A DNA stretch of 64,000 nucleotides. Origin: Eukaryota sp. GEM-RC1 (lineage: Eukaryota). Made by a program: the position numbers and the translations under genes. Numbering within the stretch: position 1 is the first letter of the stretch; each line of letters opens with the position of its first letter. The notes beneath the pieces are model-generated. The model was given only the letters and a program-made list of their open reading frames with translations, did no database searches and was not told the origin of the DNA. Below, one piece after another: positions 1 through 12,763 of this stretch. Where the stretch lies: NCBI GenBank assembly GCA_040285855.1, contig JAUFOQ010000006.1, forward strand, positions 1,860,001-1,924,000. Reading direction: 5' to 3'.

Positions 1-836
1 GTTAATTGTTTTCCACAACTACATTGAAGATCATTTGGCAAATTATATGGCCATAAATAACAACGAAGTCTCATTGTAGTGGTCCATTGATGATCATTTA
101 ATAACAAACCGTATACTTGTGGAATTTGATTAATTAATGCCACATCAGAACTCTCCTTTAAATCAATTAAAAACTTAGCGAAAGCTGGATTTTTTTCCTT
201 AGCCGAGCTAAGACGGACTGTAAAATCTAAACTTTCAACATATTTTAATAAATGATTTTGTAGCTTTTTTAAAGCAAACTTTAAAGACAAAATGTTTCGA
301 CATGGAATTTCTTTGATATCAACATGAAAGCAAGTTGACCATAGCTCAGGAGAAAGATTTCCTATTTCACCACGGAGGTGATTAAGATAAAAGCTGCTAG
401 TACTTTCAAGAAATTTAGTAAGTTGGGTCTTGATTTAATTAATAATTCTCGTTGAAGTGACTTACATGGTCCTTTTATTGATTCTAGTCAAATAAACGTT
501 GATGCTACAACAGTAGATCCATGTGCTCAAACTTATGTTAATGGCTTAAATTCAAAAGGTTTCAATCACTCAGAAACAACTGAAAAACGTAAAATTGATT
601 AGTATTCCAAAACTGTTGCCAAATTCAACAAAAATTTATATTTGTTCTATTTGCTATTTCTAATTTTGGTAGTATGGGATAAATGGCTTCTCAGTTTTTA
701 ACTGATTTTGGGTCTATGTTTAAGTCTCAGAATAAAAGATTTAACTTATCAATTTGCCATAACCGTTTGATTTTTTCTTTATTCCTAAATTTATTAAATC
801 AATTTTCACAAAGTTGTAGAATAACTGTGATACTGT
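1..836 (+). mobile_element. Degenerate CRE-like non-LTR retrotransposon 3' fragment (family B, restriction-like endonuclease region)
   Basis: Broken translation VDATTVDPC..EKRKID.Y..FAISNFGS parallels the RLE region of family A. Near-identical sequence recurs at 36600-36960 and 56680-57000; this copy continues at 1725-1815 beyond a nested insertion. Confidence 0.6.
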
Positions 837-844
837 GAGAGAAC

Positions 845-1714
845 ATGTTTATTCGGCACCCAATAAGGTAACCTTCCTACAAACTATGAAATTGTAAAAA
901 CAAACAAATAATACTAAGATTAAATCCAAACGACTTCATCACCACCCGGTAAAAGATTACGTTTATCAACATTAACCTTCACACCAAACTTGTACAATTT
1001 GTCAATTAACCTAGAGAAATAGAAAGGCATATTCCGATATAAGGAAAACACTATACGCTTTTTCCATTCAGCCGCTCTAAACTTGCGCTTCTTTTCTTTA
1101 CACAATTCTTCGAAATCCTTGAAAAATTGATCACCAGCAGGACTAATAGATCCAAAAAGAGAAACAGTAAAAGGTTGAAACACAAATTTGGAATATGAGT
1201 TTCTATTTAATTCTTCTACTTGAGAGTTATACTTGGAGTGTTTGAGCTTTTCAGCTGCTGTTAATGGATTAAAAGAAGAATCTAATATCCTACTAACACA
1301 AGATTTGTTACATACATCTACTGTAGTAAAATCCATTAATGATTGACTCGATTTAAGCCTCTTTTTTGATCAGTAAATTCTTTTTCTGAAAGATGATTCA
1401 AAACTGGTTCAACTTTAAAGTGAAAACCATGTGCTTTAAACATGGAATAACAAAAATCACGTACACCATCATGAATTACTGCACGTAGATGAATAAAATA
1501 ACGACAATTAATTAAATGACGAAAAACACCATTAGCTCCACAAGAGCAAGTTGAATAGTTTAATAAATTTGCAGGCCAAAGAGTCAAACGAAGACGCATA
1601 TTGATCATTCAAGCTTCATCGGATAGATGTAATCCATACACCTTTGGAATTTGAGAAATAAATCCAGACGGTCCACTATTACAAAGATCGATTAAAAAAG
1701 CAGCAAACTCGGGA
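845..1714 (-). mobile_element. 5'-truncated CRE-like non-LTR retrotransposon (family A): CCHC zinc finger + restriction-like endonuclease + 3' UTR
   Basis: CSC..HLINC..IHD..E..RG(D)..DFTT..AEKLKHSKY..FQPFTVSLFG motif order typical of RLE-clade elements. Flanked by direct repeat TGATACTGT (828-836, 1725-1733). Several near-identical copies in the window. Confidence 0.75.
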
Positions 1715-1854
1715 AATATATATATGATACTGTTGACCAGGAATTTTCGGTGTCTAGTGTTTCATAGTTGTTATTATGATATGTTCTTTTGTGCCCTCCA
1801 TCAATAAACTGTTTCATTGAACAAATAATATTTGGATTGATTTGTTCTATAGAT

Positions 1855-2056
1855 GAAAAAGTTTCTAAAGACTGTACAAAGATCAGAAGCATTAGTTTAG
1901 AATGTCTGAATGGAAAAACCGTAATGTGTTTTCCACACATCTGAATATGTCTTTCTATTTCTCTTGATTAGTTGAGGAACTTTCCAAGTTTGACGTTAAG
2001 GTTAATGTTGAAAATCGTACACCTTTACCAGATAGAGATGAAGTCGTTTGGATTTA
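1855..2056 (+). mobile_element. Degenerate family A CRE-like 3' fragment
   Basis: Matches the EWKNRIVF..DEVVWI tail of family A with substitutions. Confidence 0.55.
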
Positions 2057-2565
2057 GTTTTAGGACTATTTAATTGTTTTAAATTCTTGAAGGGAATAAA
2101 CTTTTTTAGGCATAGAATAAATAGTTCCTGAAGTGATGGAGAAAAATATTTTTGAAAGGACCTCAAAATAAAAGTAGACGTGACCCGGGACTGAACAAAA
2201 TGGCTGTAAATGTTATACATCAACTCTTATAGAATCTCTTTCATCACATTATGAACTTTTGTTCAATACTTTTGTAAGAACAATCAATCCGGATAAGAAT
2301 TAGACATAAGAACTATTGCATGGGTGTGATTTGTGCATCTGTTCTTATCAGATTTCATTTTACTGAAACAGTTAAAGATGTTAATGGAACACAACTTTGG
2401 TCATTCCTCTTGGGGTTTGACTATTCGTGCAATGATTGGGAAATACTTCTCTAATATATTCCTCTAGTGTACTGGACTTCATTTTTAATGGAATTCAATA
2501 TGGAACAGAATCTCAAATCGAACTGCTAACTGAATTATTAAACTTTTGGCTGCTGTATACATTTA

Positions 2566-3511
2566 TCAAAAGACTAAGGAATCTAAGCAAACTCCAATTG
2601 TTTGATCTACATTTCGCTGAATAACTTCATCACATTGTTGCTCCAACACCTTCTTAGGATCTGCCTTACCAACATTCTGAATCTCCAACTCTTTCAAAGG
2701 TGTAGTAATTTCTAGATCTAATCGTTTAGAATACTCTTTTGCCATTTCTGACATTGTACTAAGTGATTTCTTGTTATCTTTAAGTAGAGAATTAAAATCT
2801 CGAAGACGAAGTGATGACGTTCTTTTGTCTTTCCCATGTTTAACAGCATATCCTGTTCATGTTCACTCTTCCTATAATCAATCACCATGTTATAGTACTG
2901 TCGACCTAAACCTCTAATAAGTGCTGATATGTTAGGTTTCTCTAAACCACCGATATTGGAAGTAGTTTGTCTTGGTTCTTGGTTAGTGAGGAAGGTCTGC
3001 GGCGGTATGGTTCTGAAGGCATCAATCACGACCTTTCCTTTAACTGATTGGATTGGGTCAACAACTACGGCAACAGCACGTTTGTCAAGCTGTTCCATTG
3101 ATTGCTGTGTGTTGACATCCACAGAGGAGAGCCAGCATCCAAAACCAGGATGACTATGATACCTTAAATAAGAAGAAAGAAAGTGTGAACAAACCAGCCA
3201 ACAACAGGTTCCGATCGGCCTGTTCTTTTCAACATTTCGATCATTTGAGACTGAAAAGCAGAATCGATAGCTTCAACAGACATTGCAGTACCAGATTGGG
3301 GCATAGCAAAGACATCAGTGACTCTAACAGTGTATTCGTCAACAAATTCACCAAGCATGAGGCCCATAACTTCCATAGGAACACCAGCCCGGCCATGTTT
3401 AAGCATTTTCAGTAAGGCAAGAGAAGAGATGTATATGGTTTCCGAAGTATCAGGTGCAGAAGTTTGGGGTTCATTACCACCCATTCCTCCAAGTAGAGAA
3501 GCAAGATCCAT
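2566..3511 (-). CDS. RPN11: 26S proteasome lid deubiquitinase Rpn11/PSMD14 (JAMM); 32-nt intron 3163-3194, one homopolymer frameshift near 2825
   Basis: [27 protein letters not shown]; splicing restores [32 protein letters not shown]. Confidence 0.97.
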
Positions 3512-4339
3512 TTAGATGACAAGAAAAATGACTTTTGTCTAAAAGGATTTCCCCTTATACTCGAACAGCAATTTTCTTGCGACACAAGATTTGTAAACTT
3601 GCGACATAAAACTTTCTCTCCATAACTTGCCTATCATGAACATAGTATCATGGCTTCAAACGCTGAATATAACAACAATGGGTTTATTTCATTACACTGA
3701 TCGAGTGTTTGTTGGACAATCTCTACGTAACTGACGAACTTGTTTACATGTTCCACATGGAGCTTGACAGGTCTTTTGAAAATGACCTAGAAGCAGACAG
3801 TTCTTACACACAGCTTTCTTCTTCGGAATTGCCTCTTCCTTTAGAATACCATGAACTTTGGACTCGTTAATAGAAGTACTAATAGCTGGGGTGAAAGAGC
3901 TTCACTTACGCTCTGGTGTGCAATGCTTGTCCAAGATGTTCACTCTCATCTTCCAGATGTGTTAGAACTCCAATTCTTGTCCATCTCTGGTCACATCTTT
4001 TCATCATCTTGTTGTTCACCAATATCAAATTCCAGTAATCAGTGTTGGAGTTTCCTACCTTGATCTCTTATTTACTGGTAAACCATAAACCCTTCGTTAC
4101 ATCCTTGACATACAACTTCCTCTTGCTGAATCTCTTGAAGTTGATATAGGTTTTTTTTCTTCATCTTTTAGTTCAGATCCACGAGAACAGTAAAGACAAG
4201 AAGAATGTATAGTATGAGTTCCTTTATAAATGATGTAGAACTGAAATGCTCCATAATAATCGGAGGTAAAACATCTAATGAAACCTGTATCAAAGGCTTC
4301 CTGGAAGTGTATTAGAGTTACAACAATCTTTCTTGAGAC

Positions 4340-6631
4340 CAGTGAACGCTAACACGTAACAAAATTGAATCTAACACGTGTTAACACGCGTGTTACGTGT
4401 TAGGACGTGTTACGTGTTTGCGCTACAAGAATTTTTCCTGGTTTCTTGTTCAACGATAAATAGCTCATTTCTTCTACACAATCATCCCTACGATACTCTA
4501 CATCCCTAAAGAGGACTTCTAAAACGTCGAGTTTCAATCTTTTAGGAACAAAAGACATTTTCAAGTCATTCAGACCGAAAATTATAACCGTTGTTGAGAC
4601 TTCGCCCAAATCCACCTTCTAGACATTATAAATTTCCATTTCCACATCATCTGTTTTTTGTCTCCCAAAATCACACCGACCGCCATTGCGGTCATTCCAT
4701 TAAATATTATAAAGACAATGATCTAACAAAAACCAACTGTTGCTTCTGAGGACACATATGAGGATAGTTTTGTTGTATCCAAAGCTTCCACACAGACTAC
4801 ACTTTCTTTATTCTATTACCATCGGTGATTGTTGTTGAACTTCACTCGCTCTTCTTTTCAGTGTACTTGGTAGGCTTACAGGTGGCTGTTTGATGGAAAC
4901 AGGACACTATCTTCTGTTTGTCAACCACATCATCAACACCAGAAATTCTTCCCTTGTATACACAAACATATGTCATACCACTGTACAATGTCGACAATCT
5001 ATATGATAATAAAACACTTGGAAAACAAACCTTGTTCAATACCGAGATTTGAGCAGGATGCTGGCATCGCATTTGATAAACGGTCAATGTAGGGGGGCAA
5101 CGCAGCATATGAATACTATACAGCAGCTACTGAGACAACCTGATGGTTCTATCGGCTTTTTTTAGGACAAAGTCATCTCGCAGCAAGAACCGCGGAAGGC
5201 ATTGTTCCCTGTTTGGTACTCTTGCACAACAGCTTTTGTGTTTCTGAAAGCAGGGATCGGAATTTATTGTATTGTATTGCACTTTTGCAAACTGCAACAA
5301 TAAATAATTGTATTGTTAATCAATAATCACAAAATATTGTGAACAATATTGATTCTATTTGTACTGAAAAATATCATTAACTAACATTTGCTAGTATGAT
5401 ACAGTCGATTTTGCAATGGTCATAGTCAGTGTTAATAATGACATTACTAGTTCATGGATGTACAAAAAGTAATTCACGATCGAAACACCACACATCTATT
5501 GGTAAAAGGGATGGCTATACAAAATCGTTGAAGAAAAAATGAAATACCAAGAACAATATACACGTATTTCTACACTCTACTTAGTATATGGTCCAGCAGA
5601 TTGGCGGTAACAAGTGTTTGAAGGTATATCCCATCATTCTCAAAATTCGTGCATTTGTTAGCTACAAAAATTGTCTTAGGGTGTCATTCATTCAGAAGCA
5701 GACCGTCGCCATTGATATAATGTTTGAAGACAATAAATGCTAAAGAAAAACCAGAATTTCACACGAACTGTGAGAGTATACTCACAGTAAGAAGCTGCTC
5801 GGTGGAAAAGACGAATCTCCATGTACCAGCAACATACTTGTCTAAAATAGAATTCATATAGTGTTCACATTGAAAACACAACAACCAATATTTACTATTT
5901 ATGGCGATAGTTTTGGACACATACATGACAATTTTATTCATTGAGTGGATGGATGTGGGATGCAGCGGTTGATAACTGCTGCATTAACAATCGTACTTCA
6001 CATGGTTGTCTCTAGGAGAAGCAGTACGGTCGTCACAATCATCTCTGACCTCAAAAAGTTGTCACTGATCTGTTTGGATGAGTAGATCTTAGGAAAGTAG
6101 ACATGAAAAATAATTTGTATTGTAATCAGTATATTTTATTTATTGTATTGTATTGTGGTACTCGAACAATAAATAATTGGGATATATTGTATTTAAATTA
6201 TTTGTAGTGCAATTATTTAGTTCCGATCACTGTTCTGAAAGCTCTTAACAATCCATGAAGTCTCGGAAGCGAAGAAACGAAAGGAACAGCTGTGTCTCTA
6301 CATCCCCCGTTTCTTGATATATTCTTGTTATCAAAGAGTTATTAGATCAACTTTATTGTTGAAGGCTTCGCCGATATTCATACAACTACAAGTGATCCCT
6401 TACAGGACTTTAAAGGGATTTGTAAAGGGAACGCAAATGTAAGAGCGGAAGCATCAGTATATGTAAGGTTATGTGAAGATTAGCTCCAATGTGGAAATGG
6501 AAATTAGTGTTGTTGAAAGTGTGTTTTTGGTAGATTTCTCACCGTTGTTTGCGTGTTAGAAATCAGTGAAAATTCCTAACACGTGTTAACACGCGTGTTA
6601 GGTGTTAGGTGTTAGGTGTTAGTGTTCACAG
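4340..6631. mobile_element. Non-autonomous hAT-like DNA transposon
   Basis: Imperfect TIRs CAGTGAACGCTAACAC / GTGTTAGTGTTCACAG, subterminal AACACG repeats, 8-bp TSD CTTGAGAC (4332-4339, 6632-6639). Confidence 0.8.
5251..6232. mobile_element. Nested non-autonomous TIR element (hAT-like termini)
   Basis: TIRs CAGGGATCGGAA / TTCCGATCACTG, subterminal TATTG repeats, flanking direct repeat TTCTGAAAG (5242-5250, 6233-6241). Confidence 0.75.
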
Positions 6632-6769
6632 CTTGAGACATGGTGTCACAAGTTGACAAATCTTCTTTGTTGTGTCGCAACTTTACAAATCCCCCTTATA
6701 CTCGATAAAACTTCTCGATAAGTACATCTTTCAGAGCCACTTATCTTTCTACTGTATTCCAGCAACTTT

Positions 6770-7741
6770 ATGTTATTGTTTGTGTTTTTTTGTCTCTTCT
6801 CCATTTGTCAATGTTTTATTACCAATGTTATTATTGTTGATCTTTTTCTAGATCATGATTTACTGTACTTAGATCTTCGTAACGATGACCAATCCACATC
6901 AGTTAGATTCATCCCTTTGTCGATCTGTACCGATCCAAATGACGATTCCTGCTCTCATTATCCTCCTAATTTCTTTCTCGATTCAACCATCCCTAGCAAA
7001 TCGTTTCTTCGATATCATCTACCAGTTCCATCATCATCTACATGGACCTTCTTCAACTTTCTTTTGATATCAGATGAGGATTCCTTTAGTGGTCCTTACC
7101 GTTATGAACTCTCCACCTATCCATCACCTCATCCCATGTCATTCTCCTCTCAAGCTGAGTGCCCTGCTGACTTTCTAAAAGTCCAAGACTTGTGTGTTCC
7201 TCAATGCCCAGGCTCTCTTATCTTACATCCCAATGGCCACTGTCGTAGTAATTGTTCATCTCCGTCTTTTCTCTCTCCTCATTCACTTCAATGTACCCAT
7301 GAACCTGACTGTGATTCTGACGACATCTTTTCTCATTTGTCTTTCACATGCATTACTCTTTCCAATTCCAACTCATCTGAGACTCTCCCAGACAGTGATC
7401 CCATCTCCCCAATCCATCACGTCATTGATTGTGGTATCTTTGGTTATCTCTCTGACGATGGAGTTTGCCAATGTTTTCCTGGTTTTGTATCAGATACTTC
7501 GCATCCAGATCTTTGTATAGAGGAGGAGCTGAAGGAAGAAGTGGAGGAAATTGTTGAAATGTGGTATGTTCACCTTTCAATTGTTGTTCTGATCTTATTG
7601 ATGGTTAGAGTTGCTCTTAGGAAGTATAAGAGCTACGTTCAAGACAAGCCTAAATCTGCACTGGTGAGGTCTTCTTGGACTAGTATTTCAACAGTGGAAG
7701 AAAATTTTGTTGATTTAAGTAATTATATTGGTGATAATTGA
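6770..7741 (+). CDS. Type I membrane protein with cysteine-rich/EGF-like extracellular region
   Basis: N-terminal signal-like segment, Cys-rich repeats, CQCFPGF EGF-like motif, C-terminal hydrophobic helix followed by RKYK. Confidence 0.75.
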   Translation: MLLFVFFCLFSICQCFITNVIIVDLFLDHDLLYLDLRNDDQSTSVRFIPLSICTDPNDDSCSHYPPNFFLDSTIPSKSFLRYHLPVPSSSTWTFFNFLLISDEDSFSGPYRYELSTYPSPHPMSFSSQAECPADFLKVQDLCVPQCPGSLILHPNGHCRSNCSSPSFLSPHSLQCTHEPDCDSDDIFSHLSFTCITLSNSNSSETLPDSDPISPIHHVIDCGIFGYLSDDGVCQCFPGFVSDTSHPDLCIEEELKEEVEEIVEMWYVHLSIVVLILLMVRVALRKYKSYVQDKPKSALVRSSWTSISTVEENFVDLSNYIGDN

Positions 7742-8393
7742 TGTCTTCATTTGGTTTTAAATTCTAGCAAGATTTCAGTGGGTTTACGGAATTTCCATCT
7801 CAAAACTCCTTGTTTTGTCTCGAATCCTTGTTGGTAATCTTGACTACCTATCTTTTCATAACCTTTGCTCATGTCGTTTTTGGTTTTGTTTGTTCGGATC
7901 TTGTTTCTTTTTTATCTCAATAACTAGTCTGAATGTTCTGATAGACTAACCTTTTGTCATTGTTTTCATATTAAGCCATATTTTCAATTATCTGTATCAG
8001 TAGTATCGAATATTTTTGAAATGTGATTGAGAGCGGATGTTTTCATTTATAATTTAAGTAGCAGTTTCTTGAATGCTTCCAGTTCTAATTCTACATGATA
8101 TATTTGTAATTTTACCTATCTTTTGAATCCTGGTAATATTGACAGTCAATGGTTGGTGATACAGATCGTGCTAAATTGTTTACATTTTGTTATTATAGAC
8201 GTAATGTACATGTACACTGTTATTAGAATTTCAATTCATTTCAATTATCACTATATCTTACAATACTAGCACTTTTGATTTGATCTCATGTATTCATAAT
8301 CCATTAATTTTCTTTAAACAAAATTTGAGAAACATTCTTTAAAGAAAACATATGGATCATCATCTCCTCTACATGTTTAAAAGTAGTAATTAA

Positions 8394-9444
8394 CTACAGT
8401 TGAACTCGTTGATCTTCGAGAAGGAGTTGTTTGGTTTTAAAAGCAATAATGTTGCCCAAAAGATTCATCATAGTAACAGTAGTATTCACACTCAACGCTT
8501 CAGCCAATGCAAGAACACCTTCATCTCCAATAGAATTACTAGCTAAATTAATCTCAGTAATGGAATGATTAACTTTCAAAAGGTCAGCCAATGCAATGGC
8601 ACCTTCATCGCAAATAAAGTTGTGGCGCAGATTAATTTTAGAAATTACACTATTAACTTTCAACGCTTCCGATAACAATAAAGCACCTTCAGCACGGACA
8701 AGATTTCCTACCAAATTAATTTCTGTGAGTGTAGTGTTTACAAGAAAAGCTTCTGCCAATGCTGCAGCTCCTCTTGATCCAATTGAAGAATTACCCTCCA
8801 AATTTAAAATTTTAATTGTTGAATTAATTTTTAATGCGTCAGACAAGAAAATTGCATTTTCACCATCAATAGAGTTATACGCGAGATTAATCTTTGTAAT
8901 TGTGGTATTCCCTTTTAACAATTCAACAAAAGACTTGAAAAGAAAAGATTCAACATCTACATCAAGCTGTTGAAGACGCGGAAAGAAAAAAAGGTGAGCT
9001 GGCGTTGAGAAAGTTCAATTCAGAAGGTTCCATTAATGAAACTTCAACTCCTGTAATTAAATCCAAGTAGGAGAGGAATTCTTGATAATTAAAGGAACCA
9101 CTGATATGGAGGAAAACAGATTGTAACTTAGCTCTTAAGAAGGAAGTGATAGAAGACAGTTTGGAAAGGTCTTCGTGAACTACAGAGAATGTGTTGGTTT
9201 CTAAAACCAATCTAATTGAGGCGAAAACACATTCAAAGAAACGTTGGCTCAGGTAGCCATATCTCTCAACAATGGTAGGAAGTTCGTGAGTCAATTGACG
9301 CAGAGGACGACGAGGATTATTGTGATCAATATTTAATGATGACTTTAAGAGAAGTTTAAGTAAGTGGTCAATGATTAAAGACAGAAGAGATTGCTGAAGA
9401 TGAATGTGAACAGTAGAAGGTCCAGGACAAGGAACGATTGTCAT
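8394..9444 (-). CDS. RNI-like leucine-rich-repeat protein (frameshift near 8985)
   Basis: 28-aa repeats of the type INLxxNxIGDEGAxALAEALKVNxTI; the upstream ORF abuts at a poly-T run. Confidence 0.8.
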
Positions 9445-10035
9445 TACACAAGGAAATGACAAAACTGTCTACTACTGTGGTTGAAGTATTAGAGTTGTAC
9501 AATTATAAGCAATTTTCGGAATTCTGAGTTGTCTGTTTTTATGTCATAAGGCGTTCAGCACAAATATTCTTTCAAATGGTGTACTACTAGTAACTGAACT
9601 CACTTTCATTGACCCTTCTTGATCTCTACGATTTCCTTCAATTTTTACTATTTGAACAACTAGTTACAATAAACTGCATCGCCTATTGTAACACAAAATC
9701 GTCAAGAGGGATTAACCTGCTGAATATCCTGTACTGAGTAACAATAATTGTTTTTATATTGGAGCAAAGATTTAGTGATAATGAGTTTGCTGTAGTTCCC
9801 CATGCCAATTGATCTCAACAGACTTTCCACTCAAATCAAGTGAAAAATGAAAATATCTGTATACCATCTGTCATCGAAAAAACCAAGAAAACCCTCTTAA
9901 AAGAAGTCCAGAAAGGGGGAAAATCAAACTAGAGATGAAATTCCTGCATGAACATCAAAGATCATCCACTGAAATCAAGAAACGTACAAAGATCAACATT
10001 CTCGAAGAAGAAAACTAAAACAATAAACTACTTAC

Positions 10036-11076
10036 TTACTGCTTACGATGTCTAAAACGACTCTTAACTTTCCTTAGCAATTCCCCTTTCTTCTGCTGTC
10101 TTGTTTCAACAACTTCATCTAATCCAGACGATCGAACAAAAGAAGAAGCCAAAGAAAACAAAGGATCATCATCACTAGCACGTGTTGATTGACCGTCATC
10201 TGATTGACGATCCTTTTTCTTCAGCCTTGATGGATGAATTTGATGTTGAGGAACTTCGAATGAGCCAGACGATTCAGAGGATTCCTGGTGATCACCAACT
10301 AACATATTAGAATGTTGAAGCCAAGCCAAAGCACCAGTAACGTCTACAGATCCACTCACATTCGAGCTTGCTTCCTTGTCAACGTCATCATCCTCATCAG
10401 AGTCTCTTGTTGCAGTCCCATCATACTGCACGTGTTCCTCTGTAACACTATCAGAAGGAACATGGTCTTGTTGCAGTGTGTTAGCCAGAACAGCAGACAT
10501 GATATTTCTCATGTTGTCATGCTCACCTTCTTGGATTTCAAAGCTTTTATTAGGACCAGTCTCGTGTTCTCCTTCTTGAACAGCAACACGTTGTTCTGCT
10601 TGGAATCTGGACATATCATTAGGGAATCTCTTCACTGGCAAATCATGTACAACTTCAACTATATCACCATTGGGAGCCCGAATCTTCCACCTCTTGTTCC
10701 TAAAGTACTCTCGTAGACGATAATGTTCCTTCCTGACTAAACGAGGAGTCAATTCCTTAGGGATATGAATGGGGAGAGTTTCAGTGTTAGGGGTTTGATA
10801 GAGACGTTGGAGGTAGTTCTCGTAGAGACGCTTCTCTACTCGGATTTTACTACCACGCCATCGGGTGTTGTTTAGGGCTGTGAGCTGGTAGAATTGATCA
10901 TCATCGAGGTTGCTGAAATCGAGAAATGCGGACACGGAGGGATGTGAATAAGTTCCAGAACAAGGATTGTTTTTCTGAACGATGCGAATGGAAGAGATGT
11001 CACCAAAGCGAGAAAAAAGACGTTCTAGATCATCAGAAGTGGTTTCATGAGAAATGTTGCCTATATAAAAGTGCAT
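10036..11076 (-). CDS. RRM-domain protein (NOL8-like N-terminus)
   Basis: FYIGNIS..DLERLFSRFGDI..AFLDF..LNNTRWRGSKIRVE. Confidence 0.8.
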   Translation of the reverse strand: MHFYIGNISHETTSDDLERLFSRFGDISSIRIVQKNNPCSGTYSHPSVSAFLDFSNLDDDQFYQLTALNNTRWRGSKIRVEKRLYENYLQRLYQTPNTETLPIHIPKELTPRLVRKEHYRLREYFRNKRWKIRAPNGDIVEVVHDLPVKRFPNDMSRFQAEQRVAVQEGEHETGPNKSFEIQEGEHDNMRNIMSAVLANTLQQDHVPSDSVTEEHVQYDGTATRDSDEDDDVDKEASSNVSGSVDVTGALAWLQHSNMLVGDHQESSESSGSFEVPQHQIHPSRLKKKDRQSDDGQSTRASDDDPLFSLASSFVRSSGLDEVVETRQQKKGELLRKVKSRFRHRKQ

Positions 11077-11470
11077 GAAAGATATTGATTGGGAATTGTG
11101 CTACTAGTACTAGTCCAGGTAGTGGTATCAAGATTTGGTTTTTCCAAATTACTGGTACAATGTACAACGTACTGGTACTATACTACACTCTACTCTACCA
11201 TTAGTGAAACCCTTTGGAGAGACCTGATGGTAGGAGGGTAGACGGTACTTCGCTCTTATCACTTTGGAAACAAATTGATTTGCTAGATTTCAAAATTAAT
11301 TAAACACCTGTAGATAATGTAGCAGGTAATAGAAATGCTAATGATATTACAAATGCTTGTTCACTCTTTCATTCTACAGAATGTTTATGTTCTAATAATT
11401 CAAATGGTGTTGAAGAAATCAATTATAAATCAAAGTAATAACATTTTTAATACAATTTTACAAGAATCAA

Positions 11471-12691
11471 TTAACCATCGGAACTAAAAATTTGATCAGC
11501 TTTTACTTTCATATACGGCCGCAAGCTAGATTCAAAACGTTTAGTTAACTGCTTGAGCGTCCGTTTATTTTCCGAAACTCTGGTAGCCACCACACGAGTT
11601 TTAAGTTGCGCGGTGTTTTGATCATGACGATTGATGACGTGACAAATAACGTCATCAAGTATTTCATCAACGCCAGCATACCTAGATCGTTGTTTTAGCA
11701 ATACTGAATGTCCTAAATCACAAAACCTTGAACAAACCAGATCCACTCCAGAATCACAATATGGACTTTCAAATACATGAGTTGTGGATAGATGAGCGGT
11801 GTTAACACGTGGAGAAGCAGAATTTGAACGACTTTTCTGACTATGTTTAGGAAAAGACGGGGATAAAGGTATAGATGAATCATAACTAACTGAAGAGGTG
11901 GTTCTGAGAGAAGGTGGTGTTGTAAGAGTAGAAGAAGTGTTGGACTTAGATTTGGGTCGTCGTGGAGCTCTTTCTGAAGACTTCTCGAGACTGCTGAGTA
12001 GGGATATGTATTCGATACGTTGCTTCTCCATCAGATCGGTGACCTCAATCAGTTGCCGGTCCTTTACGTCTTCAATCATTCTTTCTGATTCCACAACTTG
12101 TAGTTTCTTCACTTCTTCTCTTAGCTCATATGCTTTTGCTACATTGCCGGACTTCATATACACTCGAGCCTTGTTCCATAGGTCTTTTAAGTGATCGTTG
12201 ACTACTTGAGAAGGGTCAAAATCAGCTAGTTTTGAGAGCTCAGAATGATGACGTGCTTTAAGTGAAACCAGCTGACTTTGATGCTGGTCCGAGAGTTTCT
12301 CTTTCTCCTTGTCTTTGATAGAGTCTGTTAGTTTCCGAACTTTGTGAAGTTGTTGTAGTTGGGCTTTGGTTAAGGCCTCGGAGACAGATTTCCCGAACTC
12401 ATTGATCTGTTTGTTCTCATCGTATTGCTTAGAGCTGTTGTGTCGTAGTACAAAGAACTGGAGCTCCGTGATGGAGTTTGCAATCTTGGATGCGAGAGAA
12501 AAGTTGGCATTGTTGAGTTCATTAGTACGCATATTGGATAGATGATCAATGACAGAATTGATCTGCGGAATGTCAGAGAAGAACCGACGGGTGTTTTCAT
12601 TTGACGAGAGGTCGACAGGAAGATTGATTTCGTGAATAAGATTAAGGAAGTTTACTACATCGTGAGGAGCATCAGCTTGATGCCGATGCAT
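11471..12691 (-). CDS. Hypothetical coiled-coil protein
   Basis: 406-aa uninterrupted ORF, helical and Ser-rich. Confidence 0.7.
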   Translation of the reverse strand: MHRHQADAPHDVVNFLNLIHEINLPVDLSSNENTRRFFSDIPQINSVIDHLSNMRTNELNNANFSLASKIANSITELQFFVLRHNSSKQYDENKQINEFGKSVSEALTKAQLQQLHKVRKLTDSIKDKEKEKLSDQHQSQLVSLKARHHSELSKLADFDPSQVVNDHLKDLWNKARVYMKSGNVAKAYELREEVKKLQVVESERMIEDVKDRQLIEVTDLMEKQRIEYISLLSSLEKSSERAPRRPKSKSNTSSTLTTPPSLRTTSSVSYDSSIPLSPSFPKHSQKSRSNSASPRVNTAHLSTTHVFESPYCDSGVDLVCSRFCDLGHSVLLKQRSRYAGVDEILDDVICHVINRHDQNTAQLKTRVVATRVSENKRTLKQLTKRFESSLRPYMKVKADQIFSSDG

Positions 12692-12763
12692 ATGTATTGG
12701 AGGTCAAGTTGGTTGGAATATTAGTGCGAATTTTGTTCTCTCAATACCAATATCTATACTTCC

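Noticed and set aside
9471..9482. 12-nt match (AACCACAGTAGT) to the putative copy-1 guide as a Fanzor target
   Set aside because: The scaffold-proximal five guide bases do not match, and CAGTAGT also occurs upstream of another gene (about 54786), so it is more likely a promoter motif or chance.
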